Shown: positions 1 to 9,804 of the stretch, piece after piece
How the letters are laid out: every line of letters starts with the position of its first letter
Numbering within the stretch: position 1 is the first letter of the stretch
NCBI GenBank assembly: GCA_046349935.1
Contig: JAXMBK010000009.1
Location: 346,043-378,042 of the forward strand
Reading direction: 5' to 3'
Length of the DNA stretch: 32,000 bases
Source of the DNA: Pirellulales bacterium
GTDB lineage: Bacteria > Planctomycetota > Planctomycetia > Pirellulales > Pirellulaceae
Position numbers and translations under genes: made by a program
Notes under the pieces: generated by a model
Seen by the model: only the letters and a program-made list of their open reading frames with translations
Databases searched by the model: none
What the model was told of the DNA's origin: nothing

Positions 1-1356
1 GTCGATCAAGTGAGCCGGATCGGCGACCAGTTTCGATCGCAGCGGCGCGTCAATTCCGGCCGGCCAGTGAGCAACCAGCGGCGAACTGATGCCGCCTTCG
101 TGCACCCAATGCTTGAACTCGCGAAACGGCGTGTTGCTCACGTTGGCCCACGCCTCGCCGTACGCGTGGTAAGTGTCCGGCCCGCCAGGTAGAACGCCGT
201 ACCCTTGTCGCATGGGGAACCCGTCGCGAGTCTGCTTGGGGATCATATCGGGCTGCAGGAAGGACGCCGGCAACGGTGGAAGGCTCGGTTGATCAGCCCG
301 CCCCCGCGGCGCCGGCATCTTCTTCGCGCGCCCCATCGGTTCGGCGCAGCCGCCGTTGTCTTGCAGGAACAAGATGAGCGTATTGTCGAGTTTTCCTTGC
401 CGTCGCAGTTCGTCGACGATGCGTCCCACGCCTTGATCGAGTCGATCGATCATTGCCGCGTAGGTCTCCATGCAGCGTGATTCAAACTCACGATCGGCGA
501 CTTTGTCCCACGACTCGCCTTGCGCCGGTGCGAGCGGCTGATCGGCTGCAACGATTCCCAACGCCTTCTGCTTTTCCAGCCGCGCGGCCCGGACCGCAGC
601 ATGACCGGCGTCGTACTTTCCGCGATATTTGGCCATGTCCTCCGGCAACGCGTGTAGCGGCCAGTGAGGCGCCGTGAACGCGACATATAAGAAAAAGGGC
701 CGGTCGCGATGCTCTCGCGCGTGGTCCGCGATGAATCGTACGGCGTGATCGCGAATGGCGTCGGTGTAGTAAAACGACGTCGCCGGTTGATATTCGGCGT
801 CGTCATACGGCGAGATGAGCCGATTGTCGCGCACAAGCGAATTGGGGTCGAAGAAACTGCCGGCGCCGTGAATCGTACCGTAAAACCGATCGAAGCCGCG
901 TTGCAACGGCCAGTTGCGGCGATCATCGTCGCCTTCCGGCTTGATCTTCTTCGTGACGTGCCATTTGCCGGCCATATAGTTGCGATAGTCGGCGGTGCGC
1001 AGCACTTCGGCGATGGTGACGCACTGCTGGTTCAAATCGCCGCGGTAGGCGTCGTGCCCCAAGTCCTCCATCATATGGCCGATCCCCGCCTCATGCGGGT
1101 AGAGTCCCGTCAGCAACGCAGCACGAGTCGGGCAACATCGCGCCGTATTGTAAAACTGCGTGAAACGCACGCCTTCCATGGCGAGTCGATCGATGTTCGG
1201 CGTCGCGATCTCGCCGCCGTAGCAGCCAAGGTCCGACCACCCCATGTCGTCGGCCATGATCACGACGATGTTCGGCCTTTCAGCGCTGTCGGCGGTCGTC
1301 GTCCAACCAGCCGTCGCGACGGCGAGCATCCCTACGATCAAGGCCCAACGCATCAT
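1..1356 (-). CDS. Arylsulfatase (type I sulfatase), first 452 codons; 3' end runs off the window
   Basis: Absent from the ORF track because it has no stop in the window. My reverse-strand translation from ATG 1356 reads MMRWALIVGMLAVATAGW...ERPNIVVIMADDMGWSDLGCYGGEIATPNIDRLAMEGVRFTQFYNTARCCPTRAALLTGLYPH, with the CxPxR formylglycine motif CCPTR. Further on come GKWHV, PFFLYVAFTAPHWPL and DNTLILFLQDNGG. The frame stays open to position 1. Confidence 0.9.
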   Translation of the reverse strand, partial: MMRWALIVGMLAVATAGWTTTADSAERPNIVVIMADDMGWSDLGCYGGEIATPNIDRLAMEGVRFTQFYNTARCCPTRAALLTGLYPHEAGIGHMMEDLGHDAYRGDLNQQCVTIAEVLRTADYRNYMAGKWHVTKKIKPEGDDDRRNWPLQRGFDRFYGTIHGAGSFFDPNSLVRDNRLISPYDDAEYQPATSFYYTDAIRDHAVRFIADHAREHRDRPFFLYVAFTAPHWPLHALPEDMAKYRGKYDAGHAAVRAARLEKQKALGIVAADQPLAPAQGESWDKVADREFESRCMETYAAMIDRLDQGVGRIVDELRRQGKLDNTLILFLQDNGGCAEPMGRAKKMPAPRGRADQPSLPPLPASFLQPDMIPKQTRDGFPMRQGYGVLPGGPDTYHAYGEAWANVSNTPFREFKHWVHEGGISSPLVAHWPAGIDAPLRSKLVADPAHLID

Positions 1357-1430
1357 GATGAACTCCAGGAGAATGGCTCCGAGCAAGCACGCTCACGCCT
1401 GAACCCCATGACGGCTCTCGCCAGCCCCAG

Positions 1431-1561
1431 GGCCCGCTCCGCGGTCCAGCGGAACAGACGTGGACCGCTCCGCGGTCCAACGCAATAGTCGTGGACCGCT
1501 CCGCGGTCCGACGTTAGCCCCTGCACGTCAGCCCCTGCACGTTGGATCGCGGAGCGATCCA
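1431..1561. repeat. Cluster of REP-like palindromes in the intergenic region
   Basis: Three ~31-bp tandem units each carry GGACCGC-TCC-GCGGTCC (1431-1447 with one stem mismatch, 1462-1478, 1493-1509). They are followed by 2 x 14 bp (T/C)AGCCCCTGCACGT at 1515-1542. A fourth palindrome, TGGATCGC-GGA-GCGATCCA (1543-1561), lies in the opposite orientation, 3 nt (1562-1564) past the stop of the upstream minus-strand gene. Confidence 0.85.
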
Positions 1562-1564
1562 CGA

Positions 1565-2899
1565 CTAACCCGCAAAGATCGAATCCGACAGCGTGCCGGT
1601 GCTGTCGCCGAACGCGTCGGCGGGGATGTCGAGCGCTCGTAGGATGCTTAGATAGACGTTGGACATCCGCGTGTGCGGCTTGCGCCAATGGACGCCGTGC
1701 TTGAGCCCCAGGGCGGCGCCGCCGGCGACCAGCGTCGGCAGGTTCGTTGGGTTGTGCGTCGTGCTCGCGCCGCTGCCGAACAGCACGATGGTATTGTCGA
1801 GCAGCGGGCGATCCTGGTCGCGGAATTCGTTCAGACGTCCCAGGAAATACGCCATCTGTTCGCTGAGGAACAAGTCGTACTTGGCAAACGCCAACTGTCC
1901 ATCCTTGTCCTCGGCATGCGACAGATTGTGGTGAGTTCGCTTGAGGCCAAGTTGAAGCGGGAAGGTGTCGCTGATCCCCATCCCGTCTTCGCGATTCAGC
2001 ATGAAACTCACCGACCGCGTGATGTCGGCGTCGAAGGCGAGCGCGATCAAGTCGAACATATTCCGATAGTACTCGTGCGGATCCCCCTCCGAGGTCGCGT
2101 CGAGGTTCAATTTCGAGTAGTCCTGCGGCTTTAAGGGAACGTCGATCCATCGTTCGGAGGCCGCCAAGCGAGACTCCATCTCGTTGAGCGACGTGAGGTA
2201 TTGATCGAGCTTTTCGCGGTCGGATTGTCCCAGCTTGCCGTTCAGCGACTTGGCGCTGTCGAGCACCGCGTCGACCAGTTTGATCTTTTTCTGGAGTTCG
2301 CCGCGCTGCGACGCCAGGGAATCCTGTTCGCCGCGAAACAGCCGATTGAAGACGCGCCGCGGATTGTTCTCCGCCGGAATCGGTTTGCCGTCCAAGTTGT
2401 ACGAGATGGTGCCGGTGCGGGAGAGGAAGCCGACGCCCGCGTCGATCGACAAGACGAGCGACGGTTGGCGGCAGTATTGCTTGGTGTGCAGCGCGACGAC
2501 TTGGTCCAGCGACACCGAGTTGAACATGCCCGGCTTGGGATTGTGCAGCGGGGCGCCGGTCAGCCACATGTCTGAACACATGTGCGGGTCGGCCTTGATG
2601 CCATTGGGATGCTCGCAGCCGCCCAGGAAACTCAACTGCTTGCGGAACGGCTTGAGCGGCGCGGTCGATTGTCCAAACTCGAAGCCCGGCCCTTCGGCCG
2701 TCGGAAACCAACTCCAGTCGCTCATCCCATGCTTGGCGTTCGGCAACGACATGCCGTTGGCCGTGTACATCGCACAGAACCGACGCGGCGCCTTGGCCGT
2801 CGCGTCGCTTCCCATCGCCTCAAGTGCGGGCAGCGCCAGCGTGACGCCCGCCAGTCCTTTCAACACCGTCCGACGATCCAGCTTCGCGGGAGACGCCAT
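1565..2899 (-). CDS. DUF1552-family protein with Tat-like signal, partner of the upstream DUF1592-type protein
   Basis: ORF 1565..2989; I prefer the ATG at 2899 ([30 protein letters not shown], an RR signal). HHNLSHAED and [26 protein letters not shown] match my recollection of DUF1552. The out-of-frame 452-aa ORF 1353..2711 is Arg-rich noise. Confidence 0.8.
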   Translation of the reverse strand: MASPAKLDRRTVLKGLAGVTLALPALEAMGSDATAKAPRRFCAMYTANGMSLPNAKHGMSDWSWFPTAEGPGFEFGQSTAPLKPFRKQLSFLGGCEHPNGIKADPHMCSDMWLTGAPLHNPKPGMFNSVSLDQVVALHTKQYCRQPSLVLSIDAGVGFLSRTGTISYNLDGKPIPAENNPRRVFNRLFRGEQDSLASQRGELQKKIKLVDAVLDSAKSLNGKLGQSDREKLDQYLTSLNEMESRLAASERWIDVPLKPQDYSKLNLDATSEGDPHEYYRNMFDLIALAFDADITRSVSFMLNREDGMGISDTFPLQLGLKRTHHNLSHAEDKDGQLAFAKYDLFLSEQMAYFLGRLNEFRDQDRPLLDNTIVLFGSGASTTHNPTNLPTLVAGGAALGLKHGVHWRKPHTRMSNVYLSILRALDIPADAFGDSTGTLSDSIFAG

Positions 2900-2985
2900 G
2901 TTCAGCTTCCTTACGTCGACTTCTGCTCTCTTCCGACCTCTACTAACCACGTCGATCCGACGCCCGTCTGTTCTTGAGAAACAGG

Positions 2986-5900
2986 TCATTTCTTAAGAAA
3001 CACGTCGCTATGGACCACAAATCGTATCATATCCAACAGGCGGTAATCTCGCGACGCGAACTTGGCCGCCTCGGCCCGCAAGAAGACCTGTTCGTTGTAC
3101 GACAGCGTTCTCCCGACGGCATAGGTCGCCGCATGCTTGAGAAAGCTATAGGCGACTTGGTCGCACTGCGGTCCGCTCAAGTAGTTTTGCAGCGCTGGCA
3201 GGCCATCGACCTCCGTCCCGTCAGGCAGCGTCGACCGAGCGTCGATTGGGCCGTCTGCTCGATACACGCCGCTCGCGTCGTACCGTTCGAAAGGCAGCCC
3301 CCACGGGTCGATTCCCTGATGACATTTGGCGCACCCCTCCTGATTGCGATGCCGCTCGAGCTTCTCGCGCAGCGTCAGCTTCGAACCGTCGTCCTCCTTG
3401 ATTTGCGGCACGTTCGGCGGCGGGTCGGCGGGCGGTCGCGCGACGATCTTGCGTGCCAGCCACGCGCCGCGTTTCACTGGATTCGACTCGCGTCCATCCG
3501 ACAATCCGGCCAAGATCCCCGCCTGCGACAGCAGCCCGCCTAAGTCGCTTCGTTCGTGCCGAATCGGTTGAAACTCAAAGCCCGATTCCACGCGGTCTCC
3601 CAAACGGTAGTAGCTCGCCACCGCCTCATTCGCCACGACGAAATCGGATTTGACCAGCGCCCGGACTGACAGGTTCTGCCGCAGCGCATGCTTCAGATAT
3701 TCGACTGGTTCGCGACGAAGTTCGGCCTTGACGTCGCGGGTGATTCGCGGGAAGCGGTCGCCGTCGATCGACAGCACGTCGAACTTCTCAAGGTTCAACC
3801 ATTGCGTCGCAAATTCGTCCACGAACCGCTCGAACCGCGCGTCGGCCGTCATGCGATCCAGTTCCTCGTCGAGCGCCACGTGCAATTCGCCGCGCGCCGC
3901 TCGTTGCAACAGCCGTTCGTCGGGAGGGCCGTTCCATAAGAAGTACGACAACTTCGACGCCAACTCGTATTGATCGAGATCTTCCGACTGCGGCCCCGCA
4001 CTCGCTTCAATCAAGAACAAGAACTGCGGCGAGGTGAGCGCTACCAGGAGCGCGTCTTTGATGCTCCGAGCAAAATCCTGCGTTTCGGAGAACGAGGCGT
4101 TCCAAACGGCCCACAGTTTGTCGACTTCGTCTTGCGACGCCGGCCGTCGAAACGCGCGGCCGGAAAACGCCTGCAGCACTTCGCGCGCATAGGCCGCAGG
4201 GTCGCCCTTTTGATCGGACTCGATGAAAATGCGTCGATGCGATTCGGGCGGCCATTGCGTGTAATACGGCCCCTCGAACTCGATGGACCGCACGAGCAGA
4301 CGCGGCATGTCGCGACCGTCGGTGAACTCGCTGCGCACCCCGATCTCGCGAATGCCCGCCAGATAGTTCACGTTGTCGCGTTCGACGTCGGGACTCGGAA
4401 AGTCGGCGATGGCGCCGAAGAACGCGTAATCCTGCAGTTCAGTCGTCGAGACGCGCTGCGGCAGGCCCACTCGCGTCAACGTGCTGCCGCAGTCGCGGCG
4501 CAGACCGACATGGACGCCCAACGAGGGCGCACGCTTCTCAAAGACGACGAAGCGACGCGCGTGGGCGTGATCGTCCGGCAGGAGCGTGAACGTCAGTTTC
4601 TTCAGCCGCGCGGGGTCGCCATAAGCGGCCGCCACCGGCAGTTTCCCCGCCGGCAAACGCACTACCAGAAACGAAATGTCGCGCTCCGACGGCGGTGCTT
4701 CGCCGGCCGCCGGCTTCGCTGGCTCGAAGAGCGTCCCAGTGAAGCTGCGCGACCCCAATTGCAGCGAGAGCGATTTGGCGGCGCCGGGCGCGACCGTCGC
4801 CTCCACCTGATAAACGCCCTCCGCCGGCAAGTCTACCGCCGCGCGGCGGGCTTCCTCGGCCGTCGCAAACGACAATTCCCCATGCGGCGACTCGCGCGGC
4901 GCCAGCGACGCACCCGCCTCGAGGAGCAAACCGTCTTCATAACGAGCGGCCTTGACGGTGATGCGAAAGTCACCGGCGTCGGGCAATTCGCGAAGCGAGA
5001 TCTTGAAGTTGGCCATCGGGCCATAGGTGTTCGAGCGTCCGAAGATTTCAGAACTGGGAATCGCGGGTCGCAGCGCGAGTCCGTCTTGGAGCACCTGGTT
5101 CGGCTCTCCTTTCGGATAACCGGGCGTGCCGCGAACGCAGGCGAAGACGGCGTGGTAGATGCTGTCGTACTTGCGCCAGCCGCGCACCGTATCGTTGCCC
5201 GCATAGCCCTCGATAAAGTCAAACTTGGTCCGCATCGCGATCGGGTCGAACGCAAACGGCTTCGTCGGAGTCGGCTGCGTCACGACAAAATCTTGATTGG
5301 CCAGCAGGTCGCTGTTGGCGCCGAGGATCAATCGGTCCGGGCACGGCTGAGCGTTGATGGCGGCGCCGAACTCCATCCGAAATGTCTGAATCTGCGGCTT
5401 GGCCTTCTCGTCAACGATGACGCGGTCCAGCGCTTGACGCGCCACGTCGAAGTACGTCTCCAGCAGCAACGGCGACAGCAACAGCGTGCGATCGTGGTTG
5501 GTGAACCCCTCCTTCGAGACCGCGTCGGGCGGCAGCGTGTCGGTCAAATCCTCCCGCAACCCCAGCAACTCGCCGAGCGTGTTGCGGTACTGAGCGACGG
5601 TAAGGCGGCGGATCGAGCCGTTGCGGTCGCGCTGCCTTGTCTGGGCCGCGATCGTGACGCGTTCGATCCAGTCGACCACCTGTCGCCGTTCCGCCTCCGT
5701 CGGCTGCGGCTCATCCTCCGGCGGCATCGCTTTCTCGCTCAATTGCGAACGAATCCCGCTCAACAGTCCAATCTGCTGGTCGTCGGCGGTCGCCGTCAGT
5801 TGATCGACGCGGACGCCCGACTTGCGATTGTCGGCGTTGTGACAGCGCACACAGTGCTTCGCCAGGAACGGCTGCACCTGCTCGCGGAACTCCCGAGCGA

Positions 5901-6030
5901 CGGTCTGCGCGGCCGCATCGTCGGGGCTTGCGGGGCCGGCGGGCTGCGCCGCGACCAATGGCCCGCGAATCAGGCAACTACTAATGACGAGTACAGTGAG
6001 GGCGAGTTCAAAGTAGGGACGCATAGTCAT
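2986..6030 (-). CDS. Large secreted DUF1587/DUF1592/DUF1595/DUF1588/DUF1585-type protein with two CxxCH motifs
   Basis: ORF 2986..6066 (1026 aa). The N-terminal hydrophobic signal starts at [18 protein letters not shown] (ATG 6030; 6066 is an alternative start). CxxCH motifs occur at [11 protein letters not shown] and near the C-terminus at [22 protein letters not shown]. The gene sits directly upstream of the DUF1552 gene, which is the usual pairing. Confidence 0.8.
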   Translation of the reverse strand: MTMRPYFELALTVLVISSCLIRGPLVAAQPAGPASPDDAAAQTVAREFREQVQPFLAKHCVRCHNADNRKSGVRVDQLTATADDQQIGLLSGIRSQLSEKAMPPEDEPQPTEAERRQVVDWIERVTIAAQTRQRDRNGSIRRLTVAQYRNTLGELLGLREDLTDTLPPDAVSKEGFTNHDRTLLLSPLLLETYFDVARQALDRVIVDEKAKPQIQTFRMEFGAAINAQPCPDRLILGANSDLLANQDFVVTQPTPTKPFAFDPIAMRTKFDFIEGYAGNDTVRGWRKYDSIYHAVFACVRGTPGYPKGEPNQVLQDGLALRPAIPSSEIFGRSNTYGPMANFKISLRELPDAGDFRITVKAARYEDGLLLEAGASLAPRESPHGELSFATAEEARRAAVDLPAEGVYQVEATVAPGAAKSLSLQLGSRSFTGTLFEPAKPAAGEAPPSERDISFLVVRLPAGKLPVAAAYGDPARLKKLTFTLLPDDHAHARRFVVFEKRAPSLGVHVGLRRDCGSTLTRVGLPQRVSTTELQDYAFFGAIADFPSPDVERDNVNYLAGIREIGVRSEFTDGRDMPRLLVRSIEFEGPYYTQWPPESHRRIFIESDQKGDPAAYAREVLQAFSGRAFRRPASQDEVDKLWAVWNASFSETQDFARSIKDALLVALTSPQFLFLIEASAGPQSEDLDQYELASKLSYFLWNGPPDERLLQRAARGELHVALDEELDRMTADARFERFVDEFATQWLNLEKFDVLSIDGDRFPRITRDVKAELRREPVEYLKHALRQNLSVRALVKSDFVVANEAVASYYRLGDRVESGFEFQPIRHERSDLGGLLSQAGILAGLSDGRESNPVKRGAWLARKIVARPPADPPPNVPQIKEDDGSKLTLREKLERHRNQEGCAKCHQGIDPWGLPFERYDASGVYRADGPIDARSTLPDGTEVDGLPALQNYLSGPQCDQVAYSFLKHAATYAVGRTLSYNEQVFLRAEAAKFASRDYRLLDMIRFVVHSDVFLKK

Positions 6031-6241
6031 GTCCAGCGACGACCAATTCGGCGGGAGTTTTGGCAAGGCGGCGGGCGCGCTCCGCGAGCGAACGCACGCG
6101 ACACCTTACCCCAGCGACGCGCCCAGTGTAAACCGCCAAAGCGAGCGTTGCGGCTTGGGACGTGCTCTCTGATTCGCTATAACCGCCCGTGCGTCGCGTC
6201 GATTCCATGCTCATTCCCGCCGATCCTCCCGGAGGTGCTCG

Positions 6242-7549
6242 ATGACTGTTCCCCAATCAACCACTCGCCGCTCGTTCGTGGCTCAAGCCGCGGCGCTTAC
6301 CGCGGCGGCCGGCGTCGCCAGCTACGTCCCGGCACACGTGCTGGGTCGTGAAGGGAAGACGGCCGCAGGCGCCAAGATCACCCTCGGCGTCATCGGCATC
6401 GGCCCGCGCTGTACCTACGACCTCAAGTCCATGCTGCCCTTCGACGACGTGCAGTGCGTCGCCATCGCCGACGTCCAAGCAAGCCGCCGCAACGCCGGCA
6501 AGAAACTGGTCGACGAACACTACGGCAACAACGACTGCCGCTTGTACCGCGACTTTCGCGAGCTGCTCGACCGCAAAGACATCGACGCGGTCATCGTCGC
6601 CACGGGCGATCGCTGGCATGCGGCCGCCTCCATTCTGGCGGCCCAGGCCGGCAAAGACGTCTACAGTGAAAAGCCCTGCGGCATCACGATCGCCGCCTGC
6701 CAGGAATTGGCGGACGTCATGCACAAACAACAGCGAGTGTTCCAAGCGGGAACGCAGCGTCGCAGCGTGCCGAACTTTCAGAAGGCCGTCGAGTGGGCGC
6801 AATCTGGGAAACTCGGCAAACTGCACACGCTCCACGCTTCCGTCTACATCCCGACGCTCGACAACACGTGGCTGCCTCCCCAGCCGACTCCCGCCCGCGA
6901 CGTCGTCGACTGGAATCTGTGGCTCGGCCCCGCAGCCTGGCGCCCGTTCAATCAGAAGTACGTCGATGGCGGCTGGCGCGGACAATGGGACTTCGATTCA
7001 GGCGCGCGGCTGCTCGATTGGGGCGCCCACACGGTCGACCTCTGTCAGTGGGCGAACAAGGCCGACGACACGCTGCCGATCGAATACGAGCCGACCGAAA
7101 ACAACATCGTCTGCCGCTACGCCAACGGCGTGAAATTGATCATCGACTTCCTGCCGACGCCGTTCGGAGACCGCGCGCCGCACTATGTCACTCGACTAGG
7201 CACCTGCCCCGTCCGCTTCATCGGCGACGAGGGCTGGGTGGAGACGGGGGACGAAGGCGAGATCATTGCACAGCCCGAGTCGCTGCAAAAACAATTGCCC
7301 GACGCGACCAAACGCGTCCGGGGACTCGACGTCACCGCTCACGCCCGCAATTTCTTCGACTCTATTCGTTCCCGGCAGCCGACCGCCGCCAACCCTGACG
7401 TCATGCGCCGCTCGCACGTCGCCTGCCACGCCGCGGCGATCGCGTGGATTTTGCAACGCAAGCTGAAGATCGATCCACAGACCGAAACCTTCGTCGACGA
7501 TCCGGAGGCGAATCTTCTGCGCCAGCGTCCGACCCGCAACTGGGCCTAG
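6242..7549 (+). CDS. Gfo/Idh/MocA-family oxidoreductase with Tat signal
   Basis: MTVPQSTTRRSFVAQAAALTAAAGVA is a twin-Arg signal. ITLGVIGIGPRC is the Rossmann motif, and YSEKPCG is the family EKP motif. GGAGG lies 8 nt upstream of the ATG. Confidence 0.9.
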   Translation: MTVPQSTTRRSFVAQAAALTAAAGVASYVPAHVLGREGKTAAGAKITLGVIGIGPRCTYDLKSMLPFDDVQCVAIADVQASRRNAGKKLVDEHYGNNDCRLYRDFRELLDRKDIDAVIVATGDRWHAAASILAAQAGKDVYSEKPCGITIAACQELADVMHKQQRVFQAGTQRRSVPNFQKAVEWAQSGKLGKLHTLHASVYIPTLDNTWLPPQPTPARDVVDWNLWLGPAAWRPFNQKYVDGGWRGQWDFDSGARLLDWGAHTVDLCQWANKADDTLPIEYEPTENNIVCRYANGVKLIIDFLPTPFGDRAPHYVTRLGTCPVRFIGDEGWVETGDEGEIIAQPESLQKQLPDATKRVRGLDVTAHARNFFDSIRSRQPTAANPDVMRRSHVACHAAAIAWILQRKLKIDPQTETFVDDPEANLLRQRPTRNWA

Positions 7550-7577
7550 CTCCAGAGTCCTCGCAGGTCGACGACGT

Positions 7578-7766
7578 TTAATGACACCGCGGCAAATCGC
7601 GCGGCGTCGGATCGGGGCGTTCCTCGACCGTCGCCGCGTCCACGGCTCGTTCGGCTTCTTCTTCCGACTCGTCGTGTTCCTCGCGCAAATGGCGAAACAA
7701 TAGTTCCACGCCCGCCGCCGTCACCGAAAACGCCTGACGGCAATGCGGACAAAGCTTTACTTTCAT
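7578..7766 (-). CDS. Small (62 aa) Cys/His protein, C2H2-like, acidic tail
   Basis: MKVKLCPHCRQAFSVTAAGVELLFRHLREEHDESEEE... Its ATG (7766-7764) overlaps the TGA (7765-7763) of the upstream gene as ATGA, which suggests translational coupling. I recognise no homolog. Confidence 0.5.
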   Translation of the reverse strand: MKVKLCPHCRQAFSVTAAGVELLFRHLREEHDESEEEAERAVDAATVEERPDPTPRDLPRCH

Positions 7767-9634
7767 GGGTTGTTGAGACGGCGGTCGAGCTGGTCGGTCA
7801 GTTGCTGAATCACGGGCGTCCCCGGGAGCGTGGACTGACGCGACTTCGCGAGCGCCTGTCGTGCCTCTTCCATTCGCCCTAACTGTTGCAAACTCCAGGC
7901 CTCGAACACAAACGCATTCGGCAGCCAGGGACGCCGTCGACCGCTCTTCTGAAACAGTTCGAAGGCTCGCTGAGCGTCCCCTTGGTTGAGATAGGCGCGC
8001 CCCAGCGCATCGACTAGATCGTCGACTTTGGATTTATTGTCCAGCTTCGCAAACGTAATCAGCTCCGCGTCGCCGAGCGGCTGCGAGAGCCGTTCGATCT
8101 CCGCCTCCAGTCGAGTTCGATGTTGAGCCGCATCGACGGCCCGGTTGAACGGCGGCACGTCGTAGAGAAAGTAGGCCAACGCATGCGCGGCGACGGCGTC
8201 TTCAGCGAGTGCATCGAGCCAAGCGGCGCGTTCCGTCGTCGAGGGCGCCCGAGCTTCGTCCCACGCGTCGTCCTTCGACTCTTCCATGATCGCCTGCGCG
8301 ATGCTCCGCGCGATCAGCCAGTGGCCTTCCAGCGTGAGATGCACATGCTCCAAGAAAAACCGGCTGCCTGCCGCACGCGGGGCGGACGCCGTTTCAAAAA
8401 CGGCCGGCACATCGACGTACATCGCACCTGACTCGGCGGCCACTCGACGGTCGATCTCGCGAAATGACGAAGGAGCTCGATAACGACACGGATCTTCATC
8501 CCGCGCCCGCACGAACGCTGCACGCGATTCGTCGTAACGCTCCAGTCGTTCCAGACACTCCCCTCGTCGATAGTGCAGCACTGCGTTCGCGGGATCTCGC
8601 TTGAGCGCCGCGTCGACCTGCGTCGCGGCCTCCGTCCAGCGGTTTTGCCGAAACGCCTCCTCGATTTGCGAAAGCGACTTCTTGGTCGCAGCCGCGGCAG
8701 CCGAGTCGGGCGATTCGTAGGCCAATGGACTGTGGTCGCGGAGATTGGAGGCGACGCTACAGAGCACCAACTTTACGTTCGCGCGACGGCAGATCGACGC
8801 GATTTCGCGCAGTCGCCGTTCGTAGGTCGCCTCCACCTCGCGCACCCACGGGTGATCGGAGGGAATCTCCAATTGCTTCGGGAGTCGCGAGACCAGTTCC
8901 CCGCCGGCGGCCTCTTGTTCGCCGCCCCAGCCGCGCGCCAAGACCTGCGGCAGACGATACCGGCGGGCCATCATCCCCAGGCGACTGAGCGTCGCATTCG
9001 ACGCCACGCCTCCGACGCCGTAAAACTCGTTGTGCCCCGCGTAAACGACTAGGATGTCGGGCTGAGCCGCCAGCGATTGCCGAACCAGATCCACCAAGGG
9101 GAGGCTGCTAATGCCGACGATGCCCGCATTGAGCACCTCGACTTGACGGGCCGGCTGCTGCGTCTCGAGCGCCATCTCCAGCTGACGGGGAAACGCGAGT
9201 TCCGATGAATGGGGATACCCCTGCACCGACGACTCGCCCAGCACCACGATGCGCAACAAGCCTGCCGGCTTCGGCAAAACAAACCCTCGCGGCTCGGGTC
9301 CCCGCAAATCGGCCGCGCAATAGGCTCGATCAACGTCTGGGTTCAAGTAATACGTCGGCGTCGGTCCACGCGTCGACGGCACAACGAGCCGCGTGTCGAC
9401 GCCGATTCCCAACGCATACAGGACGACATTGGCGAAGAACATCGCGCACAAGGGAAATGCCAACGCGAGCGCGCGAAAGATGCCCGTCCGGCGTCGCGAG
9501 CGGCGCACCACCGCCCCGCTCGACTCTGATGCGCTGCCTCTCGCATCCGACTCGACTTCGGTTCGGCTCGTGGTCGCTTTGCGACGCCCATCCTCGCGCG
9601 CCCCCGCCGCCTGACGGCGACTGGGGCGTGCCAT
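7763..9634 (-). CDS. SGNH/GDSL-like hydrolase domain protein with C-terminal TPR repeats, N-terminal membrane anchor
   Basis: ORF 7763..9832; I prefer ATG 9634 (MARPSRRQ..., then the TM segment IFRALALAFPLCAMFFANVVLYALGI). SGNH-like blocks are VVLGESSVQGYP, VYAGHNEFYG and FFLEHVHLTLEGHWLIA. TPR-like helices lie toward the C-terminus. The longer N-terminal extension would run through the 54-bp repeat. Confidence 0.7.
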   Translation of the reverse strand: MARPSRRQAAGAREDGRRKATTSRTEVESDARGSASESSGAVVRRSRRRTGIFRALALAFPLCAMFFANVVLYALGIGVDTRLVVPSTRGPTPTYYLNPDVDRAYCAADLRGPEPRGFVLPKPAGLLRIVVLGESSVQGYPHSSELAFPRQLEMALETQQPARQVEVLNAGIVGISSLPLVDLVRQSLAAQPDILVVYAGHNEFYGVGGVASNATLSRLGMMARRYRLPQVLARGWGGEQEAAGGELVSRLPKQLEIPSDHPWVREVEATYERRLREIASICRRANVKLVLCSVASNLRDHSPLAYESPDSAAAAATKKSLSQIEEAFRQNRWTEAATQVDAALKRDPANAVLHYRRGECLERLERYDESRAAFVRARDEDPCRYRAPSSFREIDRRVAAESGAMYVDVPAVFETASAPRAAGSRFFLEHVHLTLEGHWLIARSIAQAIMEESKDDAWDEARAPSTTERAAWLDALAEDAVAAHALAYFLYDVPPFNRAVDAAQHRTRLEAEIERLSQPLGDAELITFAKLDNKSKVDDLVDALGRAYLNQGDAQRAFELFQKSGRRRPWLPNAFVFEAWSLQQLGRMEEARQALAKSRQSTLPGTPVIQQLTDQLDRRLNNP

Positions 9635-9750
9635 GGAGAAAACTCCCGAATGATTCCGCCGCCTGCTGCGGCCGCTCGCCCACGCGCTAATCGTCGACGT
9701 TCGGCAGCCGCTGCTTCTGCTGGAGCCCCAGGATAGACCAACCGTGCGCA

Positions 9751-9804
9751 GCGAAAAGGTGGGTGAGCGGAATGTAATGCGGGGAGGGTGACAGGCTGGA
9801 AGCC
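9751..9804. repeat. Left copy of a perfect 54-bp direct repeat flanking the IS remnant
   Basis: GCGAAAAGGTGGGTGAGCGGAATGTAATGCGGGGAGGGTGACAGGCTGGAAGCC is identical to 11300-11353. The flanking bases differ on both sides. Confidence 0.95.

Noticed and set aside
709-1488. 259-aa + strand ORF, and other ORFs listed within 10-1488
   Set aside because: All are antisense to, or out of frame with, the clear sulfatase reading frame on the minus strand (1-1356), which the track omits only because it lacks a stop in the window.
1353-2711. 452-aa minus-strand ORF overlapping the DUF1552 gene out of frame
   Set aside because: Its composition is Arg/Ala/Gly-rich with no motifs, whereas the other frame gives a coherent DUF1552-like protein.
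3970-6351. 793-aa + strand ORF
   Set aside because: It is antisense to the well-supported DUF1592-type gene. The translation is Arg-rich low complexity with no motifs, typical of a high-GC shadow ORF.
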